From contig NC_087437.1 in NCBI RefSeq assembly GCF_036321535.1, forward strand, positions 86,926,001 through 86,990,000: a stretch of 64,000 bases of DNA. Direction: 5' to 3'. This stretch comes from Camelus dromedarius (Eukaryota). Shown piece by piece: positions 1 to 13,337 of the stretch. Below the pieces are notes generated by a model. The model was not told where the DNA came from. It did no database searches and saw only the letters and a list, made by a program, of their open reading frames with translations. The number at the start of each line of letters is the position of its first letter. The stretch's first letter is position 1. The translations under genes were made by a program, and so were the position numbers.

Positions 1-3000
1 TTTACAAGCTTAAAAAACAAAACAACAATCATGGAAAGCAAGAGGAAAAATGCTCCAAGGTAGTGTACTACTTTCCTGAGCTTGTTGGGAAATTTAAGTG
101 TAATGAAAGAGTGGTAACATGCTATGATGCTTGGCCCCATTTTCCCCTCTGGAACTACAGCACCAATACTCTGGTTGCTGGACAAAATCAGATGCTGCAA
201 GTTCACAGATCAATTTGGGACAAATCTGAGGGCTGGCCCAGCTCTAGGACTCTTATTCCAATAGGTAGGACCAAGTCTTCTCTTTTAGTCCAGTGCCCTC
301 CTCATCACTTCTTTATGTCCCAAGGGCAGCTGAAGAAATCTCCTGCATAAAACTGTCTCAGATTCAGTGTCTGGGAACCCAATGTAAGCAAAGAGATACA
401 TAATTTTGTTTATATTGATTGCAAAGAATTATACTGGAAAAGGGAATTACAGTAAATATCCCTTTAGGGTATGCCTTAGCATGGGTCTTTATGTCCCTCT
501 CTACCCCTGCTAAAATATCTTCTACCCACCACCCTGCCATGTCCAAAATCATTCTAAACATCCAGCTGCTCTAGTCTCAATAGCGCTCCCCAGATGCTTA
601 TCTCGTTATCACTACCCTGTTCAGAAGAGCAGTGGAAAAGTTCAAGACTAAAGAGCAGCTCAAGATTGAGACCAGAGGTTAATAAGCGATCTGGTACTTC
701 AAAGGCAAAAGGACAGGTGATGACACTTTGAAAATGGCATCCAAGGGTGCAGGATAATGACATGCAGCCATTAATCTGCCTAATACTCATTCCACACACC
801 TAATTCTGTCTCCAGTTTCTGCAGTCACTCATGCCCTTTCTCTTTCTCTCTTCCCTTCTCATGTTAACTTTCCAAAATCCATTTTAGATAATGAAATATT
901 ATGAAATATATTTTTCAATATGCTGACTGAATACAACTGCACATTTTCTAGATTTTATTGAAAATTAGATGACTTGAGTAGCTGGCATGTAAATGAAATC
1001 CCTAAACAATTGAAATAAGTTAATATTTATTTGAGTATGAAGCTCTATTGATTTTTCCCTGTGAGTGATATTATGGATAGAAAAACAAAAACAAAGACAA
1101 AAACAAAAACAAATGGAAAACCCTTTTATAGGTATCTCTGTCTTATTCTAGGAGACTCTCTAGAGTTATTCGGTCAAGGGACACAGAAAATAGGGGTTGA
1201 AAGGAATCAAATTTAAACAATAAGCCCAATAATAGCAGGAGTTATCTCCTGGGTGGCAGAATCACAAGGCTTTATTTTTTCTTTCTTGTATTTTGTTTTA
1301 AATTTTCTTTACTGCTTCTTTAATAAAGCATTATTTAAAAATAAAAAAATAAGCCCAAGATTGCAAAAGAAAGAGTGAAATATTGAGTTAAATATTGTAT
1401 AGTATTTAAGGTGAGAATGTTGCCTCACTAGATTTCCACAGACTATTAGTGTACTAAATGTATTTTTAAATCTCATTTTTTGTAACATAAACTAGGGGCA
1501 TGAGGTACACCACACTGCAGAGACCCAAAAAGTAAACAACACTTTTCAAGGAGTTTTAGGTCAATAAATGTTAATTTGATGTTGTGTCTGAATTGAGGAG
1601 AAGGGACAGAGGAAAGCACATTGTGGGGATTGAAATACAAAGATATCTGAGACCACCTGGCTCAGTGTGAAGGGCTAACCTGAAAGAGCTGCCTCTCTTA
1701 GGAAAAGTCAGCTTTCATCGTGAATGTACACTCACAGGTTGTTTAAATAATAATAACAATTAAGTGAAAATATTCTAGCCAGCCAAACAGAGCTTACGCT
1801 CTGACACTGATTTGTTGAGACGAATACATCCCTGCCTTGGAAGTATAGCAAATGCCGCCTCTTTACTTTTTTAAGCAAATAGCTTTCTAAACACATAAAT
1901 AGATTATAATGTCTGACTATTTTTAAACTGTGAGCTAGCAGTTAATCACATTAACAATGTTCTGCCTCATCCACTTCAAATAGCGTTCCATTATCTAAAA
2001 GCTCTGAGTGTTGAGGTTTTTATTGAGAATAAATATTTGCATAGCTTTGCCTTTGAAAATCTGGCAGTGGTGCAGAAATGGTCAACTTTGTGTTTGTTCT
2101 TTGCTATGCTTCTGTGCTCTAAAGCAGGTGTCTTGTATATCTTAACCCAAGCTGTTTACATTATTAAAATAAGAATTTATAACAATATTTAAATACATTA
2201 ATATATCCTAGGACTGTGTCTGATCAAAATATACACAACAGAAACTCAAAGCATATTGTCGATTGGGTCAGAAGTCTATTCAAGAAATACTACATTCCAC
2301 TTTAAACAAGGATACCAACACATGTTAAGTTGACTAGAATGAATTTATTTTCTAAGAACAAATTCTCCTCTTCTATACTAATACACCCTTTCTCTAGATC
2401 ATTTTGTGACTACGTGTTTCTGATTGGAATGTTATACCACAAATGATAAACTTCTTACCTATTTGTTAGGTACACGTATCTCTTATTAACTATGTCACAC
2501 ACTACTTTTTTGACATCTAATCTGTAACTCTCCAAGGTGACTTTGTTTAAATGATTGACAGGATGACGATGAAAGTCCTTAAATATTCAACAAAAATTAA
2601 ATATTCAAATATTGGATATAACTTAAAGAAACTTGAGGGCACTGAAGGGTTTATTTAACATTACAAAGATCAAAGATAGAAGAGTCTGACTCAAAGATGA
2701 ATACAGTTTCCAAAAAGACGATGCAAGCTACAAAATTGTGGACAATTTTTGGTGTATCTGCCCAGCACAAAACCTCTTGGAGCAGTCCTTTATCTTTTCC
2801 TCAGGAAAGGACCCCTAGAGCCAAGTTTATGCTCTCTCACTCCACCTCCTTTGAACAGAAATGATTAGCTCGTGGCAAACAAACGTGCGTTTGGAGAAGC
2901 CAATCTATAAGCAGGGCTGAGGCCATCAGAATGTCTCTCCTGGGGAACTGGAACAAAGAAAGTTGGACCCTGGGCAGTTGAGTGGCATACCAAGGTTGTA

Positions 3001-3942
3001 TGATCTCAGGTTGAGAAAGCCATTTTCAGCTATGGAAAAGGATTCCATCTCATTAGAAAGTAAATTCTTTCTCATTCACAGAGAGATGGAGAATGTGACT
3101 TCCAGGTTATCACTTCCTGTTCCTAATTTAGCATAGTTTGTGAATGAAGGTGAATTTCATGGATTATTCACTGGATTCATTTGATCCCTTATAAACGCCC
3201 CTCCTTAAGCCCATGGATTTCTCATATCAAAGAATTCCTATTACCGAAGGAGACCTATCATAACACAGGATCCTTGTCTAAGAAATATAGCATATTACAC
3301 TTAATTATCATTAGCTTTTAACATGTGATGTCACAAATTAATATTAATATATATTAATTATGCATATTCTGTCTTTCCAAAATGACAAGAAGCCTTTTAA
3401 ATCATGTCTTAAACCTATTTATAACTTTATTTTCTAGCATGAGATCACACAATAATAGATGATGATAGAAGATGTTTATTTAGTAGCTGTGAAAACTACT
3501 TTTGGACTTCAGCATGTTTCCTTATATACCAGATTATCCACTTATTTCTCAATTTGCCATTTCCATAGAGGTTAAGCTTTGTTAATAGCAGAAAATTGCA
3601 AATGCAGGGATATATAAATCATCATGATAAATTGGTTTATGTTTTAAATCAGGTGCTTGGATCTGTTAGGGTTGGGTATGGATATGTATCTGTTGGTCTT
3701 TTTGAAGGAGGTCATAGTTCAGTGAAGACACCTATTGTGGGGACCTAGCATGAGGAATAAAGACACATCAACACTCATCAATTTAGAAGGTGTCCTTGAC
3801 AGAGACCCAGGAGCCAGTTCAGTGGTTACTGAAGAAAGTTAAGTACCTCAGAGATTCATCTAATATTTATAATACATTAATCCAAAACATGTATGTCCAC
3901 CAGAAAGTTCATAATCATTCAGTCTTAAAAACATTTCCTTAC

Positions 3943-4098
3943 TCTGTGGAAATCTTGGCTACGGTGTCACAAGAACTGTACTCTACGCCGGTGAAGATTT
4001 CCTTACACTGTGCCATCCGGACACCATTAAGCCAGTCACCTGTTGTGCGGAAGGTAGTAATGTCAACGTTGCTTTGGTCCAGAAGAAGGTTTGATGGC
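3943..4098 (-). CDS. EPHA3: EPHA3 exon 16 (156 nt): linker and N-terminal SAM domain, (R)PSNLLLDQSNVDITTFRTTGDWLNGVRMAQCKEIFTGVEYSSCDTVAKIST(D)
   Basis: Acceptor ttttcttttcttgcag|GCCATC, donor CACAGA|gtaagg, phase 2-2. Translated by hand; the ORF track does not show this frame. Confidence 0.96.
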
Positions 4099-4758
4099 CT
4101 GCAAGAAAAGAAAATTCCAAAGGGAGAGAGATCAGGAGTTGGCAGAATTGCTGCGTGTCAAAATTTGACACCAACATCAGCAGGAACTTCCAGACTTCAT
4201 GTGGCACTCCTGTTTATTTGTGAAATTTATCTGCCATGAAGGCTTCATCAGCTCAAGCTGGCAGCTTGCAAGAATACTTTGCAATCGTCTTGTCTCAGTG
4301 CTCCCCTTCTCCACCCACGACTGCTTTTTAAATTATTGAAACTCTGCCAGTGAAAAGCATAAATATATCCACACATAGCTTTGTAATTTGTTTATGATTT
4401 GTTTAACCATTAGCAAAGATGGTGGTGATTTAGGATTCAGTTATAGTTGACATGACACACTGAACACTTTGCTGCCTGCTTTGGTGGATGGATTTGGTTT
4501 CCAATATTAAATCCTGCCTACTGGACGATCATCCGTAGACAATGTGCAGGTTGCTGTCTAAGGGACATTTTGAACAACCTGGACTAAACTTACAGCAGGG
4601 CATAAAGTCAGTACAGATTTACATAATGTCACAATGTCATTAAAAGTAAAAATTACAAAAGGAATCGAAAAAAGTAGATGAGTAACAATAAGTGGAAGTA
4701 ATAAGTGAAATTCTCACATATGTGACAACACCAAATGGATTTTATTATACAGATACAG

Positions 4759-4797
4759 AGATAGATAGATAGATGGATAGATAGATAGATATAGATA
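4759..4797. repeat. (GATA)n tetranucleotide microsatellite, imperfect
   Basis: agatagatagatagatggatagatagatagatatagata read directly. Confidence 0.9.
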
Positions 4798-5204
4798 TGA
4801 CTGTGATTTTTATCGCAGAATATGCATTAAGCATTTAGAGAACTTCTAGGATTGCTTTATATAATCACAGGTCTAACCTTAGATCTATGACCAAAGACAT
4901 AGATCTATGACTGCAGATCTATGACCAAGCTCTGGTCAATCAAAGGAACATAAAAGGAATCAAAAGGGATGTGAAAGAAATGGACCATATTTGCATCCCT
5001 GAAGAGCCAAAAGAAGCAGCCGATTGATAAACTGCCTTGGGTTGTTTTTGTCAGCTTTCAGTGACTTCTTTAATTGTCCTTGGACTCATAACACAGGGAC
5101 CAAGTGGACACTTGACTGTCCTTTTCTTTATGCTCTCCTCTTAGGAAGGGAGTTTGTGTAAAAAGTAGTTATGAAGACCTTTGCTTTTAGATAAGTAATA
5201 ATAA

Positions 5205-5350
5205 TAATGATGATTATATTGAACATATATGAGAACTTACAGTGTGCCAGCAACTATACTGAGCATAGTACACAGATACCAAGGGCTTTAATCCTTAAGT
5301 TAGTTACGCATTGATGCTATGCCCCTATAATACATGTGAAAGCTGAAACC
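5205..5350 (-). mobile_element. MIR SINE fragment (ancient)
   Basis: Degenerate MIR-antisense pattern (gagaacttacagtgtgccag...tttaatcctt...catgtgaaagctgaa); boundaries approximate. Confidence 0.45.
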
Positions 5351-8300
5351 GAAGCTGAGTCACAAATCAGAGTTCTGTCCACATTTAAAAGGACTATTTA
5401 ATTGGGAGATTTCCATTACTACTGATGATATTTCTTCAACCCATTCCCTAATATGCAAGAGACATGCCTAAATGTGAGGTTAAGATTCTTAAACCTGAAC
5501 AACTGTGTATCATGCCCTAGACCTGCATGCTGTCGCTAGGGAGACATGGAAGGAATGTATATTCATCTGGATTTTTATGTGGACAATTCAATTTATTTGA
5601 TACAAATAAAATTTTAATTAATTAAAATAAGTTTGATTATTTGATAAAAATGAACTTTTAACACAATTTTAATGCTGAATTTAAGAGAACGTTGAGAACA
5701 TGGCAGTTTGGTTCTGTTATATTTGCATACCCTGTGTTAAATGCAGATCAATAGCTAGTCTCCTCCTGGTTGGTGAAGCGGGGACAGTGGAAAGTACAGG
5801 ACTTTTCAACCTTCCTTCCATTAGACTAAGCTACCTCAATCCTCTCTACTCCATGTGCTTGAATTATAAATTAAAAAAATTAAAATTAAGGAGCTTATAA
5901 TTTATATTTATGTGCTATGGTTTAGTTTTAACTAACTCTTACAGGTGATCTAAGAGAAAGAAAGAAATAGAAATTAGGCATTATTTTACAAAGCATTAAT
6001 TTTCCTTTGAGGAATATCTAGAACACTTCAAAATACAAACATAATAATTTAGAAGTTATTCTCTTCTGGAACATATATAGAAAAAATTTTCTATGATTCT
6101 CTAAGTAGCTCATCTGAAAAAGAAAAAAACAGTTTAAAAAAATAATTGAAAATTCTTTGTTTGTGTTTGTTTTTTTCCTATGAACTTGAGGAATTACAGA
6201 TATAGACACACAACGCAGGTTCCAAAATGTACATGATATTCTTGGGTTATTTTGAATGGCCATTGTGAGTGAAATAGCCTTTGTCACTGGTCAACATTAG
6301 ATATGACATTGGACCCATTTCATAAGACATTGACTCAGCAAACAAAATGGATAGGAATAGCATTAAATCAGGTGTGAGAAAATTTTATAAGGAAAATGAC
6401 GTGAGACCTAGAAAGGAGACAATTAAATATTAGACTATCCACAGGCGTGCATGCACACACACAGGCAAACTTACACCCCACAGCCTGGATTTCGACAGTA
6501 GCCACAGTATAGAATCTAATGTTGCCTCTTGTCGACTCTTGGTCCCATGAATAGCAATACTTTTATACTTACAGGTTTGTGGGTATGAAGACTCAAACCC
6601 CAGGATATTTATGCAGAGTATTTATGAAGTGTGCCTAATAGCAAAATGCAGAATTTTTCCCTCTCAACTCAGAATCGTTTGTATTTTTAAGCTCAATGCA
6701 ATAGCCAGACTCAACAAGAGTTTAGAGAAAATTAGTATAAACAAATTGAAATAAGACAGGACGTGCGGATTAGGGATTAGAGTGACCCCAACCGAGTTTT
6801 TCTGTTTATTACTTGGATCAAAGTATAAGGAAGACAAAGAATGACCTAATTTTAATGCCAGTGACCTCAGAATAACCAGCCCTGCAAAGTATCATTTTTC
6901 CACTTCCAGGATTTCTCTGGGGAATTCAAATAAAAATTGGTTCCTTTCCTCCTCCGAGAGGACATCTGGAGAGTTTATCAATGGATAGGAATTTGTCTCT
7001 CACTGTGAAGAGCCTGTGATGTCTCTTCATGCGCACCAGGGGAATGTGGGCTTTTTGAGCAGCTGCAGGCATTGGCGTTTTTTTAGACCCAGCCCCAGAC
7101 ATTGGGTCTGAAGGGGAAATTTATAGGCTGGGTGATGTGCACCGTGAGCTCACACTTTTACTAGACAAATTAGATGGGTTTCAATCCGTGCAGCTGTAAA
7201 CGATGTCCTGCAGAGTTCCACCTGATCTTTTACAGCTTTTCATAAATCAGTACCTACTGGCCGCAGACTGCAGTCATTAAAAAGAAATCATGGAAATTAC
7301 ATGTTTGCTCAAGGGAAGCAAAAAATAACTTTCCTCCCTTTCTTTCCCCCTCCTTGTATTGAGGCTTGTGAATTATTCTTTTGTGGATTTCCATACGGTT
7401 GCATTAAAGAGGTACACATATATTTTCTTCCCATCAACTTCTATTTTATCTGTAAATGCTCATACCAATTAGCACCAGATACTGGGGAACAAATGTTAAT
7501 AAATAACTGCTAGTCCCAAGAATATCTTCTCATAATAATCTTATTTCAATATTGCATTAGAATTCTAAATCACTAAAATTGAATGTTGTTTTATTTATAA
7601 CATAAAAAGACTCCTTTGTGTTTACAAAGGGCTTTATTTTTTATGCATTAAAGTAATGATTAATATACATTTCTTTAATGAATAAGTAGATGCCTTCTGA
7701 GTCTAGAAGTAAATATTAATAATATCAGTGATTTATTCTATTACCCTGTAATTACCTGTTTCTTGTCTGTTGTGAGTAGTTTCAGGGACCATATTAACTT
7801 TTAAGAGTAATTTCTCAAAGGCAAAATATTAAGTGTATGTACCTTGAGTAATGCCTGAAAATATTTTTTCAACACCTTTTATAATTTATTGTTAATATTT
7901 TTGTTTCAAATGGTGTCAATATATTTCAAGGAGAAAATATTGTATTTGACAATTCTTTAAATGAGAATATATGATAATCTTAATCTTTTTATCTTTAACA
8001 TTAGAAATTCTAGATAAAATTAAATGAGTTTAACTTGTCATCAACAACTAAAAATAATTTTGACTATATACAGTTCCCAACAGGAGACTAGTATATAAAT
8101 GACACATTAAGGAGGAGTAAAGTCATTGTGTTTATTTTAATTGTCCTGAGGCCTTAAGGACAAAAATCTTAGCAGTTATAGATATCACATCTGGTTTAAT
8201 TTCTCCCAGTGGTGAAATTACTGCTTTGATTTTTAAGATTAAAAAAAAAAATCACCTGGGTATTTGGAATATTTGCTTCCCTCTAGAAGGTTCTGTACCA

Positions 8301-10599
8301 TATTTGTTCAGTGAGAAAGTCACCTTGTCAGTTTCAGAATTGGAGGTCAAAGTCATTTTGAGGAACAGATTTTTTTGGTCATTAGATTTCTCTTAAAGGA
8401 TATAATATTTGTCAAAACAGCAGTTATTCTTAAAAAGAATTATATTTTGTTCTCTTAGAGATCAAAAGAGTTTTATTAATGCTAATTCAGTGCCATTAAC
8501 AGGGGAAAATTGTAAGTACTACTTATTTTTATTCCTATTTATCTTGCAATGTAATAAAGACAAATCCTTACAAAGTTAGCAATCAGTGCAATGGTACAGT
8601 ATATTTAAAATCATTTCAATTATATTAACTAACTATAACTGGGTCTTCAGAATCTTATTCTAAATATTTAAAATACATTGTTTGTCTTTATACCATTCAA
8701 TTTGGTTACCTTCACTTTAGAAACTCATTCTAAATATACAGAATGTATTATTTAATTCTTTATGCCCCAAATTAATATTCTTCAAATTTACAATAATAGT
8801 ATTGAGGAATCCAATGACCTGGAGTGTGAAAATTTTGTGAATTTGAAGAACAAGTCATTTCTCTATTTCATTTTATAGATATAAATATCCAAAAATAAAA
8901 AGGCACTTTACTGCCTAAATAGCAATGAATTAATTCATCTGTTATTTTTATCTATTTTTAGTCTTTTAAATTTTTTTAAAATTAAAAAAATTTTAATTTA
9001 GTTACATTCAGGAAAGTTATTGAATCAGTTTACTTAAAACCAGGAGCTATATTTTATACATAATGTAAGACTAATTATCTTTTATATTAGTATTACATGA
9101 AAGATAAATAATATATAAGTATTATATAAGTATATATAATGTAAAACAAATCTTTAAAATAGTTTCTTTTAAAATATGAATTTTGCATAATTTTTATCTG
9201 TATAACAAAAATGTGTTGTGAAGTAAGAGAAAATTTTATCATTACTATTTCCTATTTATTTTTATAGCAGCATTTTCTATCAAGAACTTCTCTGAGAAAG
9301 ATTTCTCCAGTTCTTAAAAAGAGGAAGGGAGCTTTATTTTTACCCTTTTATGCATGTACATTATGACTATACTTTTCTTTCTTTTTTTTTAACTTCTCAA
9401 AAGCATTATTTTCCACATTGCTTTTTCCTTTTCATCATCAAATTATAACTAAATCTCTTAAAATTCCGTATCTCATTTATCACTCTAAAAGAGTCAAAAT
9501 AGTTCACTAAAGAACCCAATGTCCTTCTCATTGCTTTACGGAATGACCTTTTTCCTCAGTTGTCTTTTTTTCCCTCACTCTTCCGCAACTTTTGATAAAA
9601 CAGTTCATTCTAAGCACTTTCAGAAAATTGCTTGAGCTGTGGTTTCTGTAATGGTCCAAGTCTCATTCTTAACTCTGGTTATTCCTGCTCCTACCTACCA
9701 TGTCACATTCTTCTGCTCTGTAATTGGTACTGTTCCCCGAAGCTCTAAACAGAGAGCATTCTCTTTCTCTCTGGGTGGAGGTCTATGCGGTAGGGTTAAT
9801 GTTCTGAGATAATAACTAATGTTTCATACGTTTTTCCTTCTAGGATTGCCATCCACTGGCATTGATTGGCTCTGTAGACCCCTTATGAGGAGCCTGAAAT
9901 CTCCGTAATTACCACCACATTCTGTTACACACTATGGAAGCATTCACTCATTTCAATCAGCTTCTTGGCTCTGGTAGAGTTTTGAGGTCATGACTTCTGC
10001 ACTAAGTGACTGAGGTATTTCAGGACTTCAGAAACACCCCCAGCTGCAGGGCAGCACCGAAGCAGCAAGAAGCTGGGAAGTTCAATCTGGAAGATTGGGA
10101 GGGGGGAGGTCTCAGTGTCAACCTATGTGGACAAACACCCTCCGCCACTCACAGGTTAAAGTCTCCTGGTAATCCATGGGATAGGACAGCTTTAAACAGA
10201 AATTACATTCTTATTAGAAGAATAGGGATGGATATATTTGCAATCAGCATGACTAGATTGAGGTTTGTACCTGCTAAACATGATATTAACTGTGTTTTTT
10301 AAAATGTTCTTTCCAGAGAGAAAGCTCTAAATTGGATCCCTAGATTTAATCTCTCCGCCAGCTTGAGATGTAAATTTCCAGCTTCTTGTGGGACTCAGTC
10401 TTGTGTGCAAGATGCTCATCTGCCCAGCAGAGCTGTTCTTCCCTCCGCCATTCCTCCCCCGGCAGTGAGAGCACTGTTCTCAGGGTGATCCTCGTTCACC
10501 AGGGAGTGCTCTCTGGTGCTGTCACTCTGCACATCTCCTTAATCACTGTGCCCTATAATACTCATGTCACTAAAATCTTCTGAATTCACACCTTTTCTT

Positions 10600-11460
10600 T
10601 TCATTTTCTCTACTCTACACTAGCACAAGTCCTTTCCAAGACTACTGAAGTCACCTCCTTACTCCTTAACATGACCGTCTTTACCTGCCACTTTTCTAGG
10701 GAGAGCTGCCAGAGAACCGTTTCACAGATACATCATCTAAGTATTTTCAGTGGCTCCTCTTTTCCTCATGAACAAAAGCCCAACTTTCTAGAGATGACAT
10801 TAAGTCTTCTGTGATCTGGTGAAATCATCTCTCAGGCTCTTTCCTCATAATTTCCTTTCTTATCCTATATTACAGCAGAATTGTCTTATGCAATGTAAAT
10901 GAAATATCCTAAGTTTTTGTGTCTTGATTTTTTGGACAATGTCCCCCTAGCCTGGTACAATCTTATCCTGTTAGCAGCTCGTATAAATTTCACCCGTCAT
11001 CCAAAAGCCACTTCTCTACAACTGCCAGAGAATCTCAAAGCTAAAAGTAAAGTCATCCTTCCTTCATGATCCCTAAACACCTTGTCTTCTTGCTCCAATA
11101 AATACATATTCAGAGGGATATTACAGTTGACCCTTGAATGACAACAGGGTTAATTTTTGGTCAGTCCTCCCCATCTGCAGTTTCTCATATCCATGGTTCC
11201 TCTGTATCCTCAGACTCAACCAGCCACAAACTGTGTAGTAGCATACTATTTACAGTTGAAAAGCATCTGTGTGTATGTGGACCCATGCTGTTCAAATGCA
11301 CATTGCTCAAGGGTCAGCTGTGGAAGTATTTCTGAACTTTTTTCCCTCCAGTTTTCAATGTAAGCCTTTGAGGGTGGAGGCTGTGTCTCTTCACCTGTAT
11401 AATCATCACAGGGCCTAGTATAATGCCTCGCACAAAGTAACTGCTAACGAAACATTCGTA
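10600..11460 (+). mobile_element. L2 LINE 3' region, interrupted by a Tigger MITE
   Basis: L2-like 3' end (aatgtaagcctttgagggtggaggctgtgtc...gggcctagtataatgcctcgcacaaagtaactgct); boundaries approximate. Confidence 0.55.
11124..11320. mobile_element. TcMar-Tigger non-autonomous element (Tigger2/MER8-like MITE)
   Basis: Terminal inverted repeats cagttgacccttga (11124) and tcaagggtcagctg (ends 11320). TA on the left flank, TG on the right (mutated TA target). Confidence 0.85.
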
Positions 11461-12689
11461 TCTTCCTATTCATATACAGTCAAAATTTAAATGTATGCAG
11501 GTCTCCTCCAATTACTCTCCTTTTAGGAAAATAAATCACTTACTAGAAAACAAACTTAAATAATATTTAATATAACTTCCCTTTACTTCTCACCACTTTT
11601 TGCAACAGCTAAGTAAGTTTTTAATCCAATACATGCTGGCCATCTGCTTAAACACCTTCTCCACATCCAGCAATGATACTCCCAAAGACGCTCTCAGTGG
11701 AAGGTTCTTTGGGAATGATTCTCTCATGAATCATCAACTCTAAGGTAGTTTGAAAAGTAAAATAATGCCTTATAGAAAGATTTCTGTTACAGTATATGAA
11801 ATAAAATTTGCCATAAAACTAACTAGACTCGGGCAGACTCTGGAAAATAACATCCCTATAAAAACGATAGAACGATGCTGCTTTTTCCTAAAGGACTCTA
11901 TTGACACAATTCTATACATTCATTGATCCCAATAACGAAGAAGTCATTCAGAAATTTGAATCTTTGGTGCCATCCACAAACTCAGGTTGAGACAGTCGCC
12001 TAGTGTGTTTTGAGGAGACTGTTTCTGGAGTTGAGCTGACAGAAAGAGACATGAAATTTTGCTTGGGTGAAAAATTTAGGCTTTTACCATTATGTCGAAG
12101 GTCTGCAGAAATTGGTATAATGAATAGAAAAAAAAAAAAAGAGAGAATATTTTTTCTAAAAATTGTGTGCCTGTTGAAATGGAAATTTATTATTATTTCA
12201 GCAATTATGTAATCACCTGCTTAACAGATATTTACTGCATTTCCAGTATCAACCTGGCACTGGTAACCTGAGGGAAGCATGGCCTCGGATCGCATAGGGC
12301 TTGAGCCAGCTGAAGGAACAGATACTTGAAAACACACACCACTGAATTAAAATCATGATAAAGAACAGAGACAGTGGTCTGTGAAGGAATACTCGTGTTG
12401 ACTTTTAAGCCATGTAGTCAGAGAATGACTCAAATAAGACGAGACGTAGGCGTTGCTTCCAAAGGGAAGCTGGATGCAAAGGAGGCTCTTAGACAAGAAG
12501 AACAGCGTGTGCTGCTGGCCTCGTGTCTGAAGAGCTCTGGCTTCCTGAAGGAACTTGGACTTGGTCACTCTGGCTAGAGTGGTGTTTCAGCGAAAGTGGC
12601 ACAGGCTGAAAGGTGGAAGTGCCCCTCCCCCCACAAAGCAGTTGTGTCAGTCAAATAGCATCACTTCTCTGTTTTGAATGCCTTCATGG

Positions 12690-13190
12690 GTTCCTCATGC
12701 ATTTGCATTTCAAAAAAAAGAAATCCAGAGTCCTCACCACGGCCTGGGTGACCTCAAGTGCCCTGGCTTGTGTTTGCCGTCTCAGACTCACGATGGACTG
12801 TCCCTTTCCTTGCTGCTCTTTGGTAATGGTGCTGTCCTTCTGCTACTTCTAGAACTCTCCAGACTCATTTGCAGTTTCTTTTTCCTATGCCAAGAATACT
12901 TCTCTTTTTACGGGGAGGAGGAGTCTTTAAACAGCTGGCTCTCTTCCTTTCTTTAGTTCTCAGCACAAATATCATCTCTTCAGAGGGCTTTTTCCCAACC
13001 ACCCTGTAATAATCCATCACAACTTTTTATTTCCTTCCTGTAATCTGTCTATTGTCTATTGTACGTCTGTAATGCAAGCTCCAGGATGGTAGGAACCGTA
13101 TTTGTCTTCTTCACTGTTCTCCAGCGTCTACACAGACCAAGCACACGGTAGATTAGCATATAATAAACAGTTGTTGAAAAATAAAGAAAT
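12690..13190 (+). mobile_element. L2 LINE 3' end
   Basis: ctcagcacaaatatcatctcttcagagggc...aatgcaagctccaggatggtaggaaccgtatttgtcttcttcactg...ttgttgaaaaataaa resembles the L2 3' terminus. Confidence 0.7.
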
Positions 13191-13315
13191 TAATGTTTGA
13201 ATAAAAGAAATGACATTGGAGAGTCAGAGCTATTTAAATCATCAAAAAGAAGGTAGTTTTTTTTTTCACAAGGATAATGAGAATTCAAAATTGGTTATAA
13301 AAAGGTGACTGAACT

Positions 13316-13337
13316 TATATATATATATATATATATA
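13316..13337. repeat. (AT)n microsatellite
   Basis: tatatatatatatatatata read directly. Confidence 0.9.

Noticed and set aside
2870..2935. CCAAT plus TATAA resembling an antisense promoter
   Set aside because: The two boxes are adjacent rather than properly spaced, there is no CpG island, and such motifs arise by chance.
1..3942. EPHA3 exon 17 (end of SAM, PDZ-binding tail, stop codon)
   Set aside because: I found no sequence encoding DMKKVGVTVVGPQKK. The exon presumably lies beyond the left edge, so this is not evidence of truncation.
3790..4239. 149-aa + strand ORF (also 16437..16802, 46370..46639, 52552..52746 and 59518..59715)
   Set aside because: Antisense shadows of EPHA3 exons, with no recognisable protein features.
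8965..8995. AT-only near-palindrome (similar one at 3336-3360)
   Set aside because: Low-complexity A/T sequence in which inverted symmetry is expected by chance.
10050..10072. RE1-like CAGCACC half-site
   Set aside because: The right half lacks GGACAG; too degenerate.
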